64,000 bases of DNA from Clostridia bacterium (GTDB taxonomy: Bacteria; Bacillota; Clostridia; UBA1381), in contig JAGASE010000003.1 of assembly GCA_017621875.1 (NCBI GenBank), forward strand, positions 5,473-69,472. The letters run 5' to 3'. Under the pieces are notes generated by a model that saw nothing but the letters and a program-made list of their open reading frames with translations, searched no databases and was not told where the DNA came from. Of this stretch, positions 27,412 through 34,093 are shown piece by piece. Within the stretch, counting starts at the first letter, position 1. The number at the start of each line of letters is the position of its first letter. The position numbers and the translations under genes are program-made.

Positions 27412-27442
27412 TTGACTTTTCTTATAAAGTAGTATAAAGTAG
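27412..27442 (+). promoter_or_regulatory. Promoter with a tandem 10-mer operator candidate (TATAAAGTAG x2) between the divergent RHH and Zn-ribbon ORFs
   Basis: TTGACT lies at 27412-27417. Perfect tandem repeats at 27423-27432 and 27433-27442 cover the spacer and -10 region. RHH proteins typically bind tandem repeats. Confidence 0.4.
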
Positions 27443-27456
27443 TATTAAAAGGGAGG

Positions 27457-27696
27457 GTGAGAATTTTGGCAGAATTTTGTTTGGACTGTTATAACAAATT
27501 TTTTTCAAGTAGTGATGAAAATTTAACAGAAAATGATATTATCTCCGATTTAGACTTATGTGAAGGCTGCGGAGAATATAAGCTTTGTATTATTAAAATA
27601 AAAGAAGACTATCTTCATAAGGTGACAAAGAAACGAAATACTAAATGGTATAGTTTTTTGAAGAAGCTTAGTACGAGGATATTTGGCAAATGCTAA
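27457..27696 (+). CDS. Small zinc-ribbon hypothetical protein (79 aa)
   Basis: It has a GTG start with GGGAGG upstream. CLDC...CEGC pairs and a basic C-terminus are present. Confidence 0.45.
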   Translation: MRILAEFCLDCYNKFFSSSDENLTENDIISDLDLCEGCGEYKLCIIKIKEDYLHKVTKKRNTKWYSFLKKLSTRIFGKC

Positions 27697-27717
27697 CCAT
27701 GAGATATTTATGTTTTA

Positions 27718-27851
27718 GCTAAATTTTGCAACAAGTCGCAAAGCTAAATTATCTCATTCCATTCGATAGCTAAATTGTTTTTTCAAAACAGCTAAATTAA
27801 ATTCGCCGTTAGCTGACCGCAGGTCAATTTAGCTACGAAGTAATTTAGCTA
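27718..27851. repeat. Array of six AGCTAAATT 9-mers (4 direct, then 2 inverted)
   Basis: AGCTAAATT occurs at 27718, 27743, 27769 and 27791. The reverse complement AATTTAGCT occurs at 27827 and 27843. A degenerate TAGCTGACC lies at 27811. Confidence 0.8.
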
Positions 27852-28568
27852 ATGTACATTTGTTTTCGATGGCAGAAAACAAATATAAAAGGATTAAAGC
27901 TTAAAAATGCTTGCAACATTTTTACGAGGATAAATCATATATTTCTGAAAAAGGTTCACAGTAATATATGATTGGTTGATAATTAAATAAGAGAAAAATC
28001 AGAATGTAGAAATTATCAAAGAGGATACCTACAATCTTTTTTTATCCTGATTTAGTTTGAAAGGTAAACGGGCCAAAAAAGGAAAACAACATTAGAAAGT
28101 CCTATCGGCACTTTTATACTGTCTTATAAAAGATGTACGGACAAAGGATGAAGATTAATATATAGAGGTTGGAATAAACGCAGAGTTTTCCATCGGATTT
28201 ATATGCGTAGACTTACAAAAACCGAAGAGGTAGGACAGTAGCTCAAACACGTTAGCGGACGTGGATAATATTACACATATGTCACCGCTATGACATATTT
28301 CAGTATCGGACGTATAGTCGCTTGAGTTTAGCAGGTAGGGATGTAACCGCAGGATTTTATCCAACCCAAATAAGCGGGAATATTACTAACCGGGCAATAT
28401 GCCGATAAAAGAATAAAGACCTCATATAAATGGAGACGAGTAAGATTTGGATGAAGATAAAGCTCGAATCTGTGCGGTTTGTAGGTATTTCATACAGGGA
28501 AATACAGTGGTAACTCATATAAAAACACCTACTACAACTATGTCCGATGTGCGAAAGAAAGGATTAAA

Positions 28569-28996
28569 ATGAATAATACATATAAAAATTTGGAAGTACA
28601 ATTTAACAAACTATTCCGTCATATAAATGTCGGAAGCTACAAAACAAGCGAGCGATATGCAAAAGCCTTTAAAAGATTTATGGCGGGTTGTCCTCGCGGA
28701 CAATCAAAATTGAAAGCCAATATGTCTTTACGCGTGAAGACGGCAGAATGTATTATCCAAGCTACCCGACTGAAATGCTTACAAAATGTCTCAAAAAGAA
28801 TAACATGCCTCACATACGCTGGCATGATTTAAGGCACTCATGTGCAAGCCTGCTTATACTGAAAGGTTGGCAGATGAAAGAAATATCCGAGTGGTTAGGT
28901 CATGCAGATATTGAAACAACAATGAACATTTACGGCCACTTAAATCTTGTGCACAAGCGCAAATTGGGCGATACACTAAATGGTTTACTTGGATAA
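28569..28996 (+). pseudogene. int: Tyrosine recombinase (phage integrase) remnant
   Basis: Frame 28688-28996 encodes only the C-terminal catalytic part, ...QYVFTREDGRMYYP...IRWHDLRHSCASLLILKG...LGHADIETTMNIYGHL (HxLRH and the Tyr box). An out-of-frame 38-aa N-terminal stub starts at 28569. The roughly 200 residues of core-binding domain and box I are missing. Confidence 0.75.
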
Positions 28997-28998
28997 AT

Positions 28999-29019
28999 GT
29001 TAGAAAAATGTTAGAAAGT
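28999..29019 (+). repeat. Arm-type site candidate (TGTTAGAAA x2) between int and the tRNA-Lys att core
   Basis: It is the exact reverse complement of 7561-7581. Confidence 0.6.
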
Positions 29020-29085
29020 GAAAAATCAAGGGTTTTACGAAAAAAGAAAAATCGCTCAAAACCCTTGGTTTTAAGCGATTTTTAC

Positions 29086-29161
29086 TGGTGAGCCATCGGA
29101 GATTCGAACTCCGGACAACTTGATTAAAAGTCAAGTGCTCTGCCAACTGAGCTAATGGCCC
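29086..29161 (-). tRNA. tRNA-Lys (anticodon UUU), encoded CCA
   Basis: The reverse complement is GGGCCATTAGCTCAGTTGGCAGAGCACTTGACTTTTAATCAAGTTGTCCGGAGTTCGAATCTCCGATGGCTCACCA, which folds as a cloverleaf with anticodon loop CTTTTAA. Confidence 0.92.
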
Positions 29162-29237
29162 TGGCAGGGATAGCAGGATTTGAACCTACGAAATGCCGGA
29201 ATCAAAATCCGGTGCCTTACCGCTTGGCTATATCCCT
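29162..29237 (-). tRNA. tRNA-Gln (anticodon UUG)
   Basis: The reverse complement is AGGGATATAGCCAAGCGGTAAGGCACCGGATTTTGATTCCGGCATTTCGTAGGTTCAAATCCTGCTATCCCTGCCA. It directly abuts tRNA-Lys. Confidence 0.9.
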
Positions 29238-29383
29238 AAATAACAAACCGAAAACCGCATATTTATGCTGCTTACGGCTTACAGGATACTTCTCCTGCTC
29301 TTTATTTATCTTGGAATCTTGTCCCAAAATCCAACCTTTTTTACACAGAAATTTCTGAAAATAAAAAAGGATGTTTGTAAAAG

Positions 29384-29461
29384 TGGGGTGGATAGTGGGA
29401 TTCGAACCCACGACATTCAGTGCCACAAACTGACGCTCTAACCAGCTGAACTATATCCACC
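29384..29461 (-). tRNA. tRNA-His (anticodon GUG) with G-1
   Basis: The reverse complement is GGTGGATATAGTTCAGCTGGTTAGAGCGTCAGTTTGTGGCACTGAATGTCGTGGGTTCGAATCCCACTATCCACCCCA. Confidence 0.88.
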
Positions 29462-29473
29462 ATATCAAAAAAG

Positions 29474-29550
<77 letters not shown>

Positions 29551-29563
29551 GTATTAAAAAATA

Positions 29564-29638
29564 TGGAGCGGGTGATGGGAATCGAACCCACACAGCCAGC
29601 TTGGAAGGCTGGAATTCTAGCCATTGAACTACACCCGC
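29564..29638 (-). tRNA. tRNA-Gly (anticodon UCC)
   Basis: The reverse complement is GCGGGTGTAGTTCAATGGCTAGAATTCCAGCCTTCCAAGCTGGCTGTGTGGGTTCGATTCCCATCACCCGCTCCA. Confidence 0.9.
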
Positions 29639-29677
29639 ATATAATTATGAATTTATCCAAATCAGTTGACCTTGTCT

Positions 29678-29706
29678 ATTATAGCAGAATATGCCTCATT
29701 TGTCAA
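29678..29706 (-). promoter_or_regulatory. Consensus sigma-70 promoter of the Gly-Arg-His-Gln-Lys tRNA operon
   Basis: On the minus strand: TTGACA (29706-29701), a 17 nt spacer, then TATAAT (29683-29678), about 40 nt upstream of tRNA-Gly. Confidence 0.7.
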
Positions 29707-29806
29707 CACTTTTTTTGATTTTTTTTTCAGCTCTTTTCAAAGGGGCTTATTGCATATATTCTTGATACGATTCATATTAAAATTTTGCAAAAGCCCCATG
29801 ATGATA

Positions 29807-30937
29807 TTATCTACTGTCCGCTGCTATTTTATTCACCGCAAAAAGAAGCTTTTCTGCCTCTGCCTTGGTGGAGAACAGCCCAAAACCAATGCGAACGGCT
29901 CCACTTTTTTCGCTGCCGATGCTCCGGTGTGCGATATATGAGCAGTGATATCCGCCGCGTGTTGCGATTCCGAATTTTCTATTCAGAATATCCGCCGCCT
30001 CCTGAGAATCCATATCTCCTATATTGAACGCAACAGTGCCGTTGCGGTTTCCTGTGGCAAGACCGTATACAGTTACTCCTTTAATATTCATAAGCCCTTC
30101 AAAGAGCTTCTGTGCAAGAAAACGCTCCTTTCGGTCGATGTTTTCTATCCCTATATTTCTGATATACTTTACTGCTGTGGAAAGCGTCATAATTGCAGGA
30201 GTATTTAAAGTCCCCGAATGAAGCATATCGGGCATGGAATCGGGCTGATTTTTGTTTTTGGATTCCGTCCCGGTGCCGCCGACAATTACAGGATTCAGCT
30301 TGATTCCCTCCCGTACGTACAGTCCGCCTGTGCCTAAGGGCCCCATAAGTCCCTTGTGTCCGGAAAAGGCAAGAAGTGATATATTCATTGCCTCGGCGTC
30401 TATCGGAATTATTCCTGCTGTTTGTGCCGAGTCCACAAGATACGGAATGCTGTATTTCCTGCAAATTTCTCCGATTTTTCGGACAGGCATAATTGTGCCG
30501 CACACGTTGGAGGCGTGAGTGGTTATCACAAGCCGTGTATTTTTGCGTATTGCACGCTCAATATCGGCAGGATTTATTTCTCCCGCTTGGTTTGCCTGAA
30601 CCATTGTATAGCTGCAAATGCGATGAACCGGACGCAGTACACTGTTATGCTCCATGGAGGTTATAATAGCGTGGTCGCCGGGTTTTAAAATTCCGCCGAT
30701 TGCCATGTTTAGGGCGTAGGTGGCGTTTTGAGTAAAGGCTATGCGTTCGGGATTTGTAATATTAAAAAGCCCGGCAAGCTCCTCCTGTGCCTCGGCAATA
30801 CCCTCAGCACCTGCAATGCTTGCCCAATGTCCTCCTCTGCCGGCATTTACGCTGTATCTGACGGTGTTTCTGTACATCGCGTCATACACAACCGACGGCT
30901 TCTGCATGCTTGTAGCGGGGTTATCAAGATATATCAT
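29807..30937 (-). CDS. Class V aminotransferase / cysteine desulfurase-family protein
   Basis: It has a PLP fold. The SGHKGLMGPLGTGGLY lysine motif is present, and a C-terminal RGGYHCS active-site Cys loop. Confidence 0.8.
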   Translation of the reverse strand: MIYLDNPATSMQKPSVVYDAMYRNTVRYSVNAGRGGHWASIAGAEGIAEAQEELAGLFNITNPERIAFTQNATYALNMAIGGILKPGDHAIITSMEHNSVLRPVHRICSYTMVQANQAGEINPADIERAIRKNTRLVITTHASNVCGTIMPVRKIGEICRKYSIPYLVDSAQTAGIIPIDAEAMNISLLAFSGHKGLMGPLGTGGLYVREGIKLNPVIVGGTGTESKNKNQPDSMPDMLHSGTLNTPAIMTLSTAVKYIRNIGIENIDRKERFLAQKLFEGLMNIKGVTVYGLATGNRNGTVAFNIGDMDSQEAADILNRKFGIATRGGYHCSYIAHRSIGSEKSGAVRIGFGLFSTKAEAEKLLFAVNKIAADSR

Positions 30938-31181
30938 AGTAATATTTCTCCTTCCCGTCAGTTTCTTCTATATAAATTTTTTTAATGGTTATTCCATGAA
31001 GATTATTTCTTATAAGCTGCTCATCAGAGCGTGGGGCACGAACTGAATAGGAGCATCCGCTGCCGCCCAGGGCTGCCGGAGTATTTATTACGCGTGCATT
31101 TGAATTACCGTATTTGGCAAGACGTTTTGCAAGCCGCGTTGCACTTGTAATTGAGCCGACTACAACTAAAATCTCGGACAT
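30924..31181 (-). CDS. DUF3343-like small protein (putative S/Se carrier partner of the desulfurase)
   Basis: The product is MSEILVVVGSITSATRLAKRL...GGSGCSYSVR. AGGAG lies upstream of ATG 31181. It overlaps the desulfurase start by 14 nt. The longer ORF call to 31292 has no RBS. Confidence 0.55.
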   Translation of the reverse strand: MSEILVVVGSITSATRLAKRLAKYGNSNARVINTPAALGGSGCSYSVRAPRSDEQLIRNNLHGITIKKIYIEETDGKEKYYYDIS

Positions 31182-31326
31182 TTTTCCACTCCTTTCAAAA
31201 ATCGTACTGATATATAATATGAAAGAAATCGGAAATGGTGTGTTGGGATAATTAATATCGTTCCAAAGAAAAATAAGACAACATAAGAGCATGCCCTTAT
31301 ACTGTCTTATTTTTTATTACATATAA

Positions 31327-31548
31327 TTAAGACCTTTTTCTTGGATATGGCTTATTGTCATCAGTTAAATCCATTAAAAAATCAATGCTTGTATTATAAA
31401 ATTTTGCCAATATCACAAGATTGTCTCCTGTAGGTATAAGCTCGCCGCGTTCATATTTTGAAAGCACGCTTTGACTTATTCCTGTTTCCATTTGTACTTT
31501 AAGCTGTGTATAATCCTTTGTTACACGAATTAATTTTAAATTTTTCAT
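31327..31548 (-). CDS. XRE-family HTH transcriptional regulator (73 aa)
   Basis: It has the HTH_3 motif TQLKVQMETGISQSVLSKYERG. A strong terminator hairpin lies at about 31267-31310. Confidence 0.8.
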   Translation of the reverse strand: MKNLKLIRVTKDYTQLKVQMETGISQSVLSKYERGELIPTGDNLVILAKFYNTSIDFLMDLTDDNKPYPRKRS

Positions 31549-31588
31549 ATCTACAACTCCTTATATTCAATTATGTCATAAAATATTC

Positions 31589-31617
31589 TTGACATTCATA
31601 AATATTTGGAATATAAT
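31589..31617 (+). promoter_or_regulatory. Consensus sigma-70 promoter divergent from the XRE gene
   Basis: TTGACA, a 17 nt spacer, then TATAAT. It lies about 480 nt upstream of the 402-aa ORF. Confidence 0.55.
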
Positions 31618-32095
31618 ATTCACATAATGACTATTTACTATAATATCTGCAAGGAAAGGAAAAGAAGATAAAATGATTATTTTTTACGAAATACCCACAT
31701 AAAAGCGATAAAAAATGCAGAAAAATTTTTTGTTGTCATTTTACTGAACCTTTATAAAATGTATTGATAAACAAAATAGTGATATAATAATTATGCCAAA
31801 TTACTTTAATAATTTATTTTAGGTATTCTATACGAGATAGCTGTATATTTTTTATGCTATTTTACAAACTACCAATGAATTTTGTTAAAAACGCAATTTC
31901 CATTTGGTAGGATGTGTAAAAGTATACCTATCTATTAAAGGAGTTTGGCGACTATCGGAGTTTGCGTTTTTTTATGCGTCTACTCTGGTAGGTGCATTTT
32001 TTAATTTGTAAATAAGTAGTGAAGGAGGTTTTAATTTTTTTTTCAAATTGGAATTTGTGCAACATATATTTTTAATGTAGAAAGGATTTGATATT

Positions 32096-33304
32096 ATGAA
32101 AAGAAAAATTTCTTTGATTTTAACATTTATTCTAATGTTATCAACCATTTTTAGTGTAAATGTATTTGCTGCGAGTTATCCATCAATATCTTCTAGTAAA
32201 TATATTGAATTTAAGGCACAACAAAATATAAATGTATACAAAGACACAAACTGTAAAACACGAGGAACAAGTAGTCCTTCAAAAAAGTACAATGCTTCAA
32301 TTTCAAGTGGTGATACATGCTATATATACAAAATAGAGAAAAACTATATACAAGTAAATTACCCGACCTCATCCGGAAGACGTACGGGATATATAAAAAG
32401 AAATGCATTATTTGATAAAACTGCACCTATAAATTATATCTCATCTTCAAAAGCTAAAGTTACTATTCACAAATCTTCAAGCGGTAGTTGTGTAGCAAAA
32501 GGAGATAAAGTATGGGAAGTAGATACTAAAAAAGAATTTAGTGGATATAAAGCTGTGATATATGAGGCTAAATCAGGTAAACGTGCATATAAATTGGGAT
32601 ATGTTACAGAAAGCGACTTAAACAAAATTAAAGGAAACAAATCCACTCAAAAAACTAACACATCAAAGAATGATGTGCCTGATAGCGTGAAACTTGAATT
32701 TAAATTGACAATGTTACATAATGCAGCGGCTAATTTGTCATCAAAAAAAGCAAATGCGGAAAGTGTAATAGATGTTGCTTGTGATGCAGAATTAATGAAA
32801 AACATTCAAAAAACCCTTGGTGTCTCAACTATTGCAGTTGCTACACTAAATCCAACTAAAATGTTGGAAGTTTTGGATACTAGTGCAGCTTCAGGAGTAG
32901 TTGCTCTTACAATAACAAATGCCTTTTATGAAAGTGCGGTTGAGTCTCACAATAAATATCTTAAAGCTGCAAAAAATATTACAACGATAAAACAAGCAGA
33001 CACAGCATTCAAATATTGCGTTGATGCTCTCTCAAAATACAATGCTGTTATCGATGCTAATATAGACACAGTTAAAAGATATACAAGTTTAGCAAATTGT
33101 ACGATTGATATGTTAGAAAGCTACTGTTCTTCTGTTGCAAATGCAGCTATTCCGGGTAATGAATATAAAGCAATCTTGAATGCTTGTGAAATAGCAACTA
33201 CGGTCGCAGAGTTAGGCGATTTAGTTGGAGATAAATATGCTGGATATGATGCATTGAAGAATACAGTGAATACTTGGTATGCTTCTTGGAATAAAATAAA
33301 ATAG
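32096..33304 (+). CDS. Secreted hypothetical protein: signal peptide, two SH3b-like modules, Ala-rich helical C-terminal domain
   Basis: The signal peptide is MKRKISLILTFILMLSTIFSVNVFA. SH3b-like GYIKRNALF and GYVTESDL repeats are present. The roughly 200-aa helical C-terminal half has no motif I recognise. It lies in an AT-rich islet. Confidence 0.6.
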   Translation: MKRKISLILTFILMLSTIFSVNVFAASYPSISSSKYIEFKAQQNINVYKDTNCKTRGTSSPSKKYNASISSGDTCYIYKIEKNYIQVNYPTSSGRRTGYIKRNALFDKTAPINYISSSKAKVTIHKSSSGSCVAKGDKVWEVDTKKEFSGYKAVIYEAKSGKRAYKLGYVTESDLNKIKGNKSTQKTNTSKNDVPDSVKLEFKLTMLHNAAANLSSKKANAESVIDVACDAELMKNIQKTLGVSTIAVATLNPTKMLEVLDTSAASGVVALTITNAFYESAVESHNKYLKAAKNITTIKQADTAFKYCVDALSKYNAVIDANIDTVKRYTSLANCTIDMLESYCSSVANAAIPGNEYKAILNACEIATTVAELGDLVGDKYAGYDALKNTVNTWYASWNKIK

Positions 33305-33759
33305 TATACTTTATAGCAAAAAGAAACAGGCAAGTCAAGGGTAAATGCACGAGCTTACGCTCGCCTTTGACAAACCTGTTCTTTTTTGCAGTATGCCAAT
33401 TAAGGGGATTTAAGTCAAAAGCGGACTTAAATTTCTTTTTTCAAAAAGTGTTGATTTTTAGGTTTTTGTCCCGCAATAGAACCCCATCTTCGAGATGTTG
33501 AATATAAAACCATTACCTTGTGCGTTTTAACACTTTTAAACCGCTAAAACATGGCATTTTCAACCTCTATTGCGTGACATAAATGCCATATTTGAAAAGT
33601 GTAATAATATAACCCATTTTCTGCTAAAATTCTTGCCTTTTCTTATAAACTATGTTCAAATACCATTGTTGGAGAAATCCAACTTGATGTTGGGCAAGTT
33701 CGAGGGCGGTTAGCCACCTTTTTTATTCTGCTGACTTCAGCAGGGATTGGGGTGGTTTT

Positions 33760-33828
33760 ATGGAAAACGAATACATAATTTATTTTATGATAGTTCTATT
33801 ACTTCTAGTAATAACCATAAAAAAATAA
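33760..33828 (+). CDS. 22-aa hydrophobic peptide MENEYIIYFMIVLLLLVITIKK (type I toxin-like), copy 2
   Basis: A GGGGTGG RBS lies 4 nt before the ATG at 33760. The stop codon is embedded in the hairpin at 33824-33859. It is a paralogue of 25629-25697. Confidence 0.5.
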   Translation: MENEYIIYFMIVLLLLVITIKK

Positions 33829-33906
33829 CTGCGCCTCCCGTCAAGATGAAGCAGTTATTTTAACTAAATCTCTTGGCTAACCGCTTTACGGTCTTGCCCT
33901 TTATCT
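33819..33906 (-). ncRNA. Candidate antisense sRNA (antitoxin-like), copy 2
   Basis: On the minus strand there is a perfect TTGACA (33941-33936), a 17 nt spacer and TATAAT (33918-33913). The hairpin GCAGTTATT/AATAACTGC plus U5 follows about 87 nt downstream. The sequence is conserved with the copy 1 sRNA (GGCAAGACC, CGGTTA.GCCAA.AGA, AAAATAAC.GCTTCAT.TTGAC). Confidence 0.5.
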
Positions 33907-34093
33907 GTTTATATTATAATCCAAATATTTGATTTTGTCAATAAAAATTACGAAAAAAGCTATGCGGACGAAAAATCGTCTGTATAGCTTTTATTCTCTG
34001 CAACCCTTTGAGGCCGTCGATACCTATACTGTTTTATTGAGGCTGTCATATTAGGTGCTTTTTTGATAGTTGTTGGCTATGGTGAATGGTTAA

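Noticed and set aside
27718-27851. Possible CRISPR array, considered because of the regularly recurring 9-mer.
   Set aside because: The repeat unit is far too short at 9 nt, the spacing is irregular (16-36 nt), two copies are inverted, and no cas genes are in the window. It is better treated as an iteron or operator array.
28569-28832. 87-aa ORF, considered as an independent gene (excisionase or regulator).
   Set aside because: Its first 38 or so codons look like an integrase N-terminus, and the rest is an out-of-frame read of the integrase catalytic region. It is treated as part of the integrase pseudogene.
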